Shown piece by piece: positions 25,301 through 37,196 of a DNA stretch of 64,000 bases. The stretch's first letter is position 1. Every line of letters starts with the position of its first letter. Origin of the DNA: Lama glama (taxonomy: Eukaryota); contig CM052817.1 of assembly GCA_028534125.1 (NCBI GenBank), positions 37,574,001 to 37,638,000 on the forward strand, given 5' to 3'. A program made the translations under genes and the position numbers. The notes under the pieces were generated by a model. The model worked only from the letters and a program-made list of their open reading frames with translations, made no database searches and had not been told where the DNA came from.

Positions 25301-28300
25301 TTATTGAAAACTGTGGTCAGGAACCTAATAAACAAAAGCTATCACTACATGCAGGTTTCAGGTTGGGCTGCATCAAAGAGAATGCGTTATTATTAATGTA
25401 ATATGAGAGTGTTGCTTTGCTGCAAGTGACGACGGACTTTTAAGAACTGGCACTGCCCAAAAGTAAACCAGTGTCCTAAAAGAATATTTCTTCTTTATGA
25501 GGTAACTTTTTTTAACCTTAAAGATTTATATTATAGTGGTGTATGCCATTGACTATTAGCTTTTAATTGCTTCTACCTGGTAATATCTGTAATTAGTATA
25601 CTATGCCGATTCTGTACTTGAGATGTGATTTTATAAATTTGTTAAAGATAAATTAAAAGAGCCTTTGAGCAGTGCTCCTGTGGTAAGCAATGGCTAAGAT
25701 GGGTTGGGGAGTCCTCTCCTATTTCACTCGATCCAAAAAACGTTACTGTTTCTTTACGTATAAGGACCTCTAATTATACCCCAAATTAGAGGAACTAATT
25801 TAGGTTTATCCTGAGTGACAAACTGTACTTTCTTATAAAGTCTCTTGAATTTAGACATTGGGGAGATTTTATTCTCCAATAAAGAGATAGGGTTATTAGA
25901 GAATTATTTATTAGAGAATAAAGAGACAGGGTTATTAGAGAATGGACAGTCTATTTAAAGATTTCTCTGCTAATTTTCTTAAGTTGCGACAGTCAATTCT
26001 ATTTATTCACATTTGTACAGTCTGTTTAGTCATAGAATTTTAAAGCATTATTAGACAATAATACTAAGTCTTAACACTATAAAAACAAAGTTACAAAGGA
26101 AAGGCATTAATAATTTGGTTTAAAACTTCAGATATATTTGTTGTTATAAGAAAAGAGTCTAATAACATGAGCCAAGATGGTGAACTACAGTTTATTTTTT
26201 AATTTTTACTCTGCATACAACTTAACATTCAAAATAGGTTATCTGAAAAAATAAATCATAAGAGTGTCACAGATTTCTTTTTGGAATCATTAAAATTGTA
26301 TTATAAATATATTATTATATCTAATATTTTTATAGAACTTTTTTCATCTCCAATCAACAAATATTCATTTAACACCTACAAAAACGAATGTGCTTAACGT
26401 ATCAAGTTTTCCCATCCCTAGCATCTACATATGGCTTCATAAATTATGTATATATGTAAATGATGAGTACATAACCTGCTATTTTAAGTATGTTATATAG
26501 TTAGCATAGATTCAGTTCAATCTCTAATCACTAACTCTAAAGTGTTAGGTAATAATTAATGTCTGTAACAGTAAGATTTTGAATCATTAAAAGTAATATA
26601 ATCCAAACTTTGTTGATGCTTCTTAGTCTTTAAACTTTGAGAAACTAAACATGGCAGGGTCATTCTTTACTTTAGAGTCTATTGATTCATGATGAATAGG
26701 GACAGAATGGGGGTGTCATATACACAGGAACATTTTTTATTCTTAGAGAAACAAACTATCTTTAAAAATTAACAATAATGTAACATTATATTTACTAACT
26801 CAACAAGTCACAAGCAAACAAACTTCAATTCCATAGCGCGGCCACTTAATGACAGGAGGAGATGACAAGGGAACTTCGGAAAGAGGAAGAATAGGAAAAA
26901 GAAATAAAGAAGCCAGGAGGAAGGGAGAGGGGGAGATAAAAGGAGATAGGAGGAGGGACGGAGAAAACTAGAAAGATGATAAATAAGAGAAACAGAAATC
27001 ATTTCTTTAAAACCTAATGTTTACTTATTAAATTATTCACCATGTCTCCTTGAGAAAGACTCTATTTAGTTCTAAAACAGGAGAGTGATTGAAACTTTGA
27101 AGGATTAAAGTGTTTCTATTCTTAGCACCAAAGCTCACATGTTATCGTATCTCAAGTCCTAGTCTGGTTTTAAGATAAGAGAAAACAAGACTTTTATCTA
27201 TGAGAGAAAGATGTGTCTATATACATGAGGATTTAAGGAAACACAAGAAAGGGTTAAAAATACTTCTAAAAATTAGATCAAAGTATTGTAAAAACTAAGT
27301 TAAACAAGTCTGTCTTCTTCCCTTTTTTCCTGAGCCACACACAAATAATAATAAATGTATTAGAAACAGAGCCTTAAGCAACCTGAAGTAAATTGATTAT
27401 ATTTATGACATGAAAGCTAAGATACTTCTTCAGAAAAACAATCCTTATTCAAAACAAGTAAAATGAAAGTACTAAAACAGACACTTAACTAACCGCACTA
27501 TTACAGAATCACTCCATAGAAATGATTTTATAGCTTTTCTTTGACTTCTTAAGATAAGTAGCATACTTGCTTAGGACACATTCTTCCCTCTCAGACATGA
27601 GAGTTCTGCATTCTTCAAAACATTTGGTCCAGATAATCAAATGTCTGTGTTTAGTTTCCACAATGAAAGTTCCTCACAGATTTTAAATATGATAGCTCTG
27701 CTCTGATTATCTAATTAGTTAAACATCTTAACTTTTTAATCTGACTGTAAAAATTAGAATATTTTATTAGAATATATTTAAGCAATATTTACATTTACTT
27801 ATCTCCAGCTCTAAGACTTAAGACAACAAAATATTTCACCCATAAAATATTCTTGTTAATGTTTAAATTATCATAATTATCAATATTGCTTGATGGGAAG
27901 AAAAGAGAAGAAAGATAATAAGCAAAAGCGAAAGTTTATTTTATAAATAAGCCAAGATTGAAATTTAAAATTTTACTACTTTCATTTCATGTGTTTGGAA
28001 TTTCTGTTCATTTCCTTGAAAAATCAATTTAATAATTATGTAGGATCCATAATTATCTAACAGTACTGGCAAATAGCAAAATCACTCTTTATCAGTTTTT
28101 ATTTAATAAGCATTATATAATCTAAGATAGTATTTGATAACTGCAAATCATGAAATTAGTCATAAAATCAATTTAGTGGGTTGTGATTAGCATTAAAAAA
28201 AGAAACTGAATAGAAAGTAACAATGTGTACAAGAATGTTGCATTCTGAAATTTCTGTTTCAGTATCATTTATATTCACAAGTGTATTTTTTGTTTCTTTG

Positions 28301-28612
28301 TGCTTTAAAATGTATTTTAATACAAAATACCATGATTAAGTAAATAAATGATATTATTTCTGTAATAACAATATTAGGAAACAAATGATTTACTGTGGGA
28401 GTCCTGACAGTATTATTAACATTTTCTGTATAACTATCACAGATTTATATATTAATGCACCTAGTGTTCCTGTATGTTTGCTGTCTCCACTTTGCACACT
28501 TGTGACCATAATGGTCGCAGTTACCAGACTGCCAAGCTAGGTAAGCATGATTTTGTAAAGGAAACAATAACTAAGGTTAAAGCCTAAACATTTCCTGTTT
28601 ATGTACTCTTAC

Positions 28613-28700
28613 CTGTTGGTAATCCTTTTCCTCTCAATCGGTCTCGAATAGCCTGGCTTCGATCAGGTTTTTGTTCACTGTTACGGGAAAGCTGATCCGT
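28613..28700 (-). CDS. PTPN13: PTPN13 exon 6
   Basis: ttgtacag|ACGGAT...CCAACAG|gtaaga, 88 nt. Translation: TDQLSRNSEQKPDRSQAIRDRLRGKGLPT(G). Confidence 0.96.
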
Positions 28701-28856
28701 CTGTACAAGGGTAACCAAAAGTCAAGTTTGACAAAAGAATCTCTCTTTTGTTTTCATGGAAATTATCTACAGAATGACACTAGTTAGATAATTTGTGAAG
28801 TGTGTAACATTCAAGTGAAAACATTCTACGTTTGCTATTATTAATACATACTCCTT

Positions 28857-29012
28857 TCACAGGGAAATATACACAAAATGTTACGATAAATCACAGAGAA
28901 AAAAATGTGACGAGTGTGTATATGTCCATGAATGACTGAAAAATTGTTCTGAACACTGGAATTTGACACAACACTGTAAAGTGATTATAAATCAATAAAA
29001 AATGTTAAAAAA
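28857..29012 (+). mobile_element. Young 5'-truncated L1 3' end with perfect 14-bp TSD
   Basis: cacagggaaatatacacaaaatg...atgactgaaaaattg...tgattataaatcaataaaaaatgttaaaaaa. It is flanked by aatacatactcctt at 28843-28856 and 29013-29026. Confidence 0.88.
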
Positions 29013-29879
29013 AATACATACTCCTTGGATAAGGTCTGTCCAATTCATCTTCAAAAAATAAAAGGTAAGAAACAGTTATCAAAGAGTAATCTGCTAACTA
29101 GGGCCAAAGTAGTTAAAATGAGTTCCATTTCAAAACAGCAAACTTCAAGTGTTCTTTTTTTCTAAACTGATAACTATATTCATCTCTCAGGTTTGACTGT
29201 AATTTTAAAACCATGCTAATTCTGATATAATAAAGCTTTCTCCTGATTGTAACTATGCATTGAGAGTACTGATTTAAATTATTTTCAAAAGTAATTTTCT
29301 AGACTTTGCCTGCCAGAAATTATATTTGAGAAATGCTTTAAACTAAATGGACATACTGAAGGATGACAAATTTAAATCAATTTTGAGACTTATTTAGAAC
29401 AAAATGTTTAAGTAGTCTTAAACTTTAATTACTTAAACTGAGGGTCCTTGTTTAATATAGCACGTCAAATTAGGTCAAATTCCACATTACAAGGGGTGAA
29501 ATGTTAGACAGAATACTGAGTTTATTCAAATGATCAATCTGAGTAGAAACTTTAAGAAATAAGCGGAAGAAGAGAAAACGGTGAGGAGAAATTACTTAAA
29601 TCTGGCACCATAAGCAAGCATACATATCTGCTTGCACACATACACGTTTTAATATTCCTCCATTTGTGAAACTTGTGTAAGTATGAATTAAAAATCCATT
29701 TAAGGTAGTATATTCAAGGTATTATGCTTCCTAGTAAGAAGACGACCTAAATGGAAATATTTCTGAAATGATGCCATCATTTAAATTACATAAATGATAT
29801 TAATCTAGACTGTACTATATTGTCAGTAACTGAAGAGATACTATCCCGTATTTTTGAGAATTCCTGCGTTGACACTATT

Positions 29880-30015
29880 ATTAATAATAGCTGTCATTTA
29901 TTGAGTGATTACTATAAGGCAGGCACTACCTTAAGTGCTTAACATATTTTACGTTATTTAATCTTGAAAAAGCCTCATGTGGCATATATTATTATTATCC
30001 TTATATTACAATAAA
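29880..30015 (-). mobile_element. MIR SINE fragment
   Basis: aataatagctgtcatttattgagtgattactataaggcaggcact...atttaatct...attattatcc is the reverse complement of the MIR 3' part. Confidence 0.7.
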
Positions 30016-30321
30016 GGGAGAAATACTAAGAAAACTTCTAAGGACCTTGAAGAAGCTTACCAACATTGAAATAATGATCTTCACCAGTGTTAAGTAACAT
30101 AGGTGGTACAATTCCTATTTTACAGATAAGTAAAACTGAAGTCAAAGATGTTAAACATTAAACAGTGGAAGAACCATGACAAGTAAGCTGGCCTGCTGAC
30201 TTTTACTCTATGCTAATTCATTTTAAGGAAGTAGGATTATGGTCCCTTGCAATGGATTTCACACTGAGTGAAAGACTAACGCATTCTGTCAGCTACTGCA
30301 GGAAACAGCAGCTTCAGAGAA

Positions 30322-30563
30322 GCAGAGGGGCTAACGGCACAGACTTTGGTGTCACAGAGATCCAGATTCCAGTCACATCTCTGCCATTTACCATGTGTGT
30401 GATCACGGGCAAGTTATTCAATCATTCTGAGCTTCATAATCTCATCTTCATTTTAGAGATAATCTCTTATAACCTGCGGTTGTTATGATGAATAAATGTG
30501 AAAAAGCACATAGGTCACATAGTGCAGTGCCTGGCACAAAGTAAACACTTAAAAAATAGTAGC
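30322..30563 (+). mobile_element. MIR SINE
   Basis: ctctgccatttaccatgtgtgtgatcacgggcaagttattcaatcattctgagc (core) ... cagtgcctggcacaaagtaaacacttaa. Confidence 0.8.
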
Positions 30564-31438
30564 CGTCAGAGTTACTTCTGTCCAGTGATGTTCAAGAGAC
30601 TAGTAAGAGCAATGGAAAGATGAGAGGAGCATTATTATTTGTTCTTAGAAAACTGCCCCTAGAAAGGTGGGCTTTCTATATGCCAATTCAAGTTGACCTT
30701 TCTGTTCATCCTCCCACTAAACAACCCCTCAGCATACCCCACGTCAGACTTTTTACTGTTCCTCAAACATCCCGCTGTTTCCCATTTCACAGCATTTCTC
30801 CAAGTTTACTTCCCTCTACCTGGATTACTCTTTCTATGTCGGCTGCAGGATCTAGTTCAAAGTTTTATTTTGCAATATGGTCATTACTTGTATTCTTTCT
30901 CCTCAAACTCTCATTGCTTTTAACGATTTTACTGCTACCTCTCATACTTTTCTTTGCATTTTTTAATTAAGCACATGGTTGCAGAACTTTAAATATGAGC
31001 TCTTAGAAGACAGAGCAAATATTTTATTTAAATTTATATCTCCTACAGTATTAGCATAGGTTACAATGTAGATGAGCAATAAAAAGTTACTGTAATAAAC
31101 AGAACTAAATACTAAACTTAAAGGGATGGAGACCTCTTATCTAATTTGGGCAATTACTGGATGGATAATAGAATTTCACAGAGGAATATTTCTTCATGGA
31201 AAGACCAAAGAAAAAAATATTTCCAGCAATTTTACTATAGCACTAAAATCAGCAAACAGGACCAAAGTCTTACAGGAAGTATGATGTAATAAGATTCTTG
31301 CACTGATAGCTTTGTGAGTCTCAATTTCTTCATTCATAAAGTGAAGGAGTTAGTATACAGATCAACATTTCTCAAAGGGAGTTTTACATAACATTAGTAT
31401 TATGGGAAGATCTGTGAAAAAAGGCCCAAATAAGTTTG

Positions 31439-31938
31439 NNNNNNNNNNNNNNNNNNNNNNNNNNNNNNNNNNNNNNNNNNNNNNNNNNNNNNNNNNNNNN
31501 NNNNNNNNNNNNNNNNNNNNNNNNNNNNNNNNNNNNNNNNNNNNNNNNNNNNNNNNNNNNNNNNNNNNNNNNNNNNNNNNNNNNNNNNNNNNNNNNNNNN
31601 NNNNNNNNNNNNNNNNNNNNNNNNNNNNNNNNNNNNNNNNNNNNNNNNNNNNNNNNNNNNNNNNNNNNNNNNNNNNNNNNNNNNNNNNNNNNNNNNNNNN
31701 NNNNNNNNNNNNNNNNNNNNNNNNNNNNNNNNNNNNNNNNNNNNNNNNNNNNNNNNNNNNNNNNNNNNNNNNNNNNNNNNNNNNNNNNNNNNNNNNNNNN
31801 NNNNNNNNNNNNNNNNNNNNNNNNNNNNNNNNNNNNNNNNNNNNNNNNNNNNNNNNNNNNNNNNNNNNNNNNNNNNNNNNNNNNNNNNNNNNNNNNNNNN
31901 NNNNNNNNNNNNNNNNNNNNNNNNNNNNNNNNNNNNNN
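31439..31938. other. Assembly gap (500 N)
   Basis: Run of N that interrupts PTPN13 exon 5. Confidence 1.
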
Positions 31939-31967
31939 CTGTTGAGATGATCTCCAAGCTTAATAGG
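31939..31967 (-). CDS. PTPN13: PTPN13 exon 5, 5' fragment only (remainder lost in the N gap)
   Basis: gtattcag|CCT ATT AAG CTT GGA GAT CAT CTC AAC AG = PIKLGDHLN(S). This directly continues exon 4 in the known protein, then the sequence becomes N. Confidence 0.93.
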
Positions 31968-34099
31968 CTGAATACAAAGCGAGAAAGGGTCACGCTGATA
32001 AAGTGTGAGTAAATCTAACTAACATGAGATAAGCTATTCCAAGAGTCACACAAACCACATCCAACATACTTCAAATCCAAATGAATTCCTGATCTAGTAG
32101 CATATATATTTTTACTGCATTTTATCTTTTCATAATCCAAAAGAACTATTAGCAGAAGATGGTTAACATCTATATTTCCCAGATAAGAAGTATTACAGAA
32201 AAACTCTGGGTTTTTTGGTATGATAAAGAAATGGAGTTTTTTTTGGTTATTCAAGTATTTTAGTAAGCAGTTTATATACATACACTATTTTGAGGAATTA
32301 AATAATTTCCTAACATTCCGTAAACAATACGTTTGATATAACTTGACACTCTCATGATAAATTAGAAGAGATTTCAAATATTGCAATGACTCAAGGTTAT
32401 TTAAATGTAAGTTTTCATTATGCTGGTGAAACAAAAGCCAGATTGTGAGATCTTTTTTAAATGAGTTGACATAATTTATGGAATATTATATCTAAATATC
32501 CAATAAGCATACAAAGAAATGCAAATTTAAACCATAAAAAGAAGCCACTACAGACTCAATAGAATGGCTAAAAATAAAGAGATTGATAATATTGAAGTGG
32601 TGGTGAGGCAGAGAGCATTGCTGATGGGAGTCTGCACTGGTACATCCACTTTGGTTTAAAAATACATTTTCCCTGTGAGTCTTTCCTTCCACTTCTCATC
32701 CATTTGGGTATTATGCCATCCTTTAGAGCTCATCTTAGATGCAATGCCCTTTAATAAACCTATCCTAATTCTAGCTAGAGGCTCCAACTCTGGTTTTCCA
32801 TAGCATCCTCCATTTTCCCCAACACAGAATTCTTCACATTGCGGTGTAATTGGTTATTTAGTTGTCTGATTCCATGAATGGATTCTACAGGCCTGGGACA
32901 TTATATTCCTAGTGTCTGGTATAAAGTCTGACATAAGGTGGGTGCTTAGTAAATATTTCTGGATTAATATTAAATATTTCCCCAAAATGATTATGATTTC
33001 TGATAGTAAAATAGAAGTAAAAGTTTATACTTCCCTTCCAATTTATACATTACAAATGTATATGACTTTATTTTCAGTTATCACAAAAGAGAAAGCATTA
33101 ATTATAGGCTGTGATTACATTTTACGTGTGAGTTAAGTTTGTATAGAATATGACACCAGTATTTCCAGCAATAATTTAGCTTTCTCATTGACATTTGTAG
33201 AACTGAAACTGAGGACAGAAAGTAAATACACAGTATTTTTCATGATATAAAATGAAACCAAACCAAGTTGAAGACTATCATTCATCTTTCATGGATATTA
33301 ATATGGGTGAATTTTAGAATAAAAGCCTAAAATGCTCGTTGCTTCTTAATTTGATAAACACACACATACCCCTCGTTGTTTTTGTTTTGAGTTCTAAATG
33401 GCTAAAATAAAACTTAATTCTGTACGCTGTATCTTTGATGAACTAGAGTTATTTTTAAATCTTCGATTATTATTTACGACTGTTGATGTACTACTTTTTG
33501 ATTACATATGTATTACCATGTTTATATTGTGTCTTCAGGAATCAATTACTTTAGAAAATAAAGACTAGAAGCAGCCTAGTGATCACCAGAGCCTAAGACC
33601 CCATAAAGCTTTACTGCAGTATGTGTCTGCTGCTGCAGGGGCAGGGAAGTATGATTTTGAAGGGACAAAAGAACAAAGTAAAGAAGTACAAACTCTACGG
33701 AGATATAGAGCTACTATGCCTACAGGTTTTGCATTAAGAAAGGTTATCACTAAGAATGAATCACCAAAGACATTTACAATCCCTCTTTATCAGCCATTAA
33801 CTTTGAAGAAACAAAGTGGACTCCCACCTCTCTTGCTACAATTTTGAAGAGGCTACTACACCGCACAGACTGAACAGTTGAGACACGGGCACTGACTGCT
33901 ATAATTCTAAAAATAGTAAAAGAAAAATAATTGCTTTAGTATTTTATTATTATCTCTTTCTGAGAGTGTAACATTATTAATGTGAACAACCAGTATAGAA
34001 ATGCTGGTGTGCCTGACAACACACTGTAAAACACATATAAATACATGGAAGAGCTTTTGAAAGGGTGGAAAGTTGTACAAATGTGATGACTTGACTTAC

Positions 34100-34165
34100 T
34101 TGGCTTTGAGGTACTTCATGATCAGCTCCCCAATACAATGTCATTCCAAGAGAATAAATATGGAT
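34100..34165 (-). CDS. PTPN13: PTPN13 exon 4 (KIND domain)
   Basis: ttcctag|ATCCAT...AGCCAA|gtaagt, 66 nt. Translation: IHIYSLGMTLYWGADHEVPQSQ. Confidence 0.97.
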
Positions 34166-34372
34166 CTAGGAACAGAATTTTTAAAAAATCATTTTATGGT
34201 AAAAATTTAATTTAGCAAGTACTATATATTCATAACTTTTTCCTCCAAAGACAATATAACAAATGACTTGAGAAGATTATCATTTCATATTTTGCATAAA
34301 TGTATGTGAGAACTTAAAACAGAAAATAAGACTGGAAATTATCAAACGGACTTTTCCCCCCATCACTATGGG

Positions 34373-34456
34373 TAATCATTTTTGCCAACAGTATAAAAAT
34401 GTTTTTATATGTGAGGCCTTTTGAAGAGGTGTTCACATGTGCGGTTCTTTGAAGTC
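34373..34456. repeat. Inverted repeat arm A (partner at 36361-36446)
   Basis: 84 nt that match the reverse complement of 36361-36446 with 5 transitions and two 1-nt indels. Confidence 0.95.
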
Positions 34457-34479
34457 CAGACCGTCACTATGAGTAATCA

Positions 34480-35050
34480 TTTTTATTAGTTTTATTTATT
34501 TTAAAGTTTCCATATGCAAACTCAAGCAAATATGTATAATCTTATTTGCTCCTTCTTTTACAAAAGGTAAGAATTTTAAAAAATTACTCGGCAATTTGCA
34601 GTTTTAATTTAACAAGAGAGGTATTTCCATGCCAGTGCTTAGATAAGATTTCATTCTTTTTACTTCTGTATAGAACTCCATTTTGTGACTACAGCATTGT
34701 TTATTTAACCAGTCTGTTATTAATGGGCAATTAGAATTTTCCTAAACTTTTGCTATTATAAATAATGTTTTAGCAAACAGCCTTGTTGATATGTCATTTG
34801 GCACAAGCAGGTACTCCTCTTTAATTGACTCTCTGAGATCATGGTTAAAAGAGTAAATCACCTGTAGTTTTGATACATTTTCTTAGATTCTCCCCCAAAG
34901 AAGTTGTATCATTTTGCATTTCTACCAGCAACGTATGAGAGGTTTTTTCACAGGACTTATCCACAGAATGTGTTATGAAGTTTTGGATTTTTGCCAAACT
35001 GAGAGGAAAAAACAAATCTCTTTGCAGTTTTGACTAGTATTTTTCTTATT
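34480..35050 (-). mobile_element. Old L1 (L1M/L1ME) fragment
   Basis: ttatttaaccagtc, ttttgctattataaataatg, ttgcatttctaccagcaacgtatgaga and tttttgccaaactga are reverse-strand L1 ORF2-end/3'UTR motifs. Confidence 0.65.
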
Positions 35051-36360
35051 AAGAATGGACAGGGTAGTAGATGGAGAAAAGGGTCAGAAAAGATTCCTTT
35101 TTCATTGTTTGTTTGCTTCTTAAAGATTGGAAAAATGACAACATATTTTATGCTGGTAGGAATGATCCAACAGGGAAAAGTGGAAATGCAGGGGAGACAG
35201 GAGATGGTTGACAGAACACTTGAGTAGGTGGGAGGAGATGATAGCTACTGCACAAATGAAGCAGTTGGCTTTACAGAAGCACAGACAGTTCTGAAGTAAG
35301 GCAGCAAAGAATATGAAAATTTATGTGGGTAATCTAGCTGTGGAATCCTGGGAGAAGTCTTTCCTGATTGCTTCTATTTTTCTAACCCTGTGAAACAGGA
35401 AGCAAGATGATCAGATGAAAGTGAGGAGTGTTACTCCTTGAAAGTAATCATTTTCCATTTTTCCTCCTGTTAAGAGAGATTGAGAGCTAGACTTCTAGCC
35501 CATCTCTACTAATGCTGCATAATCTTACCATGTACATTTTTTGCACCAGTCTTACTCCAGTGTCATCTTATTTTTTTGTCCTTATTTTTATTTTGCTCTT
35601 AATTTCTCACCTGTATTTTTTAATCCAACAAACTGTCTTAAATCTTCTTTAGAAATAGGTTGAGGTAAATACAAATATAATTGGGCATCCTTTTCATCTT
35701 ACAGCACTTTAATCTATTCCTAACATTGCCTCCTAAATTATTCCTAAATTACAGATTAGAAAAAGTTGTTCCTCTTTTCAAATACTGTCATGGCTCCCAA
35801 TTTTCAAAAGTCCAAATTCTTTATGATACGCAAGACTCACTCTGACCTGCCTCTATCTCCATTTTCCAGGCAGATTTTAAAGTTTTCTTTCTATTATCAC
35901 TCCTTCTCCTATCATAACAGAAACACCTCGGAACCACTAAATAATTCTCTGCTGGCAAAATAAATCTTTCTCTTTCCAAGCTTTTCTTGAGCAGTTCTTT
36001 CTACTATGAATTTCTTTCTTCATTGGTCAATAAAAGTTCTACCTATTATCGGTAGTCCAGAGATGCTGTCATCTGTTACAAATGCTATATACATTTTCTC
36101 AAAAAGGATAAAGCTTCCTCTCTTATATGATAGTTATGACTTATTTATATTGTTAATAACAGTTAACTAACACTACCTGTAATATAGTTAAGATGTGTCT
36201 TCCTTGAAGGAGCCTTTTCCACACGTCTTAATATCCTTCTTAACAATTAATAGAGCACTTGTACACAGCAGATATTCAATACATGCCTGCTGAATTCAAT
36301 TAAATGTGCATGAAGTTCAAGACAGCATGCTGCAGGCTATTTGTATCATGTTTCTGTTTA

Positions 36361-36446
36361 GACTTCAAAGAACTGCACATGTGAACACCTTTTCAAAAGG
36401 CCTCATATATGAAAAACATTTTTTATACCGTTAGCAAAAATGATTA
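36361..36446. repeat. Inverted repeat arm B (partner at 34373-34456)
   Basis: gacttcaaagaactgcacatgtgaacaccttttcaaaaggcctca...gcaaaaatgatta is the reverse complement of arm A. Confidence 0.95.
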
Positions 36447-36650
36447 ATTGCATACTCATATATACAAAAATTTTGATTTGTAATCCTTTGAGATACTGGC
36501 AGTAACTTAAGATTCTTCATTATATTTACTTCTCAGTATGCTAAATGTGTTATATATTAATAATTTTATACATAACTATATACAATTAATAACATCATTC
36601 CTAAAATGAGGATACACAATTATACATTTGCTGGTCATTTATGTAGATAG

Positions 36651-37196
36651 TGTAATGATTAATTCTATGTGTCAACTTGACTGGACCAGGGGATGCCTAG
36701 ATTTTTGGTCAAACATTATTCTGGGTGTTTTTGTGAGAGTGTTTTTGGATGAAAGTCACATTTAAATTGAGCAAGGTAGATTGCTCTCCCCAGTGTAGGT
36801 GGTCATCATTCAATCATTTGAAGGCCTGAGTAGAACAAATTGGTTTACCACCCCCCCCCACCCCAGGTATGAAAGAATTCTTTCTGCCTGACTGCCTTCA
36901 GACTAGGACATCAGCTGTTTGTTGCCTTTGGACTTGATCTGAAACATCAACTCTTTCTGGGTCCCCAGCCTGCTGGTCTTCAGAGTACACCACCAGTTCT
37001 CCTGGTTCGCAGACCAGAACTGCAGCATTGGCTCTCCTGGGGCTTCAGCTTGCTGACTCATCTTGCAGATCTTGGAGCTTATCAGCTTCCATAATTATAT
37101 GAGCTAATAAATCTCTCTTTATACATACATACAAACTCATACACACACACATATATCCTACTGATCCTGTTTCTCTGAAGACCTCTGCTTAATACA
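36651..37196 (+). mobile_element. MLT2 (ERVL) solo LTR
   Basis: Begins tgtaatgattaattctatgtgtcaacttgactgg and contains gtcaaacattattctgggtg. It ends atcctactgatcctgtttctctgaagacctctgcttaataca, giving TG...CA termini. Confidence 0.88.

Noticed and set aside
31402..31438. ORF start MGRSVKKGPNKF resembles the N-terminus of bacterial/organellar ribosomal protein S19 (MxRSLKKGPF)
   Set aside because: Only 12 codons before the N gap, in mammalian intronic context just after a MIR-like stretch. The other side of the gap is PTPN13 exon 5. Best explained as coincidence.
31400..31993. Long ORFs (169-233 aa) in the track here and at 49360-50061
   Set aside because: Artefacts of translating N runs. The only real parts are the L1 ORF2 end and the exon 5 fragment, which these ORFs do not read in frame.
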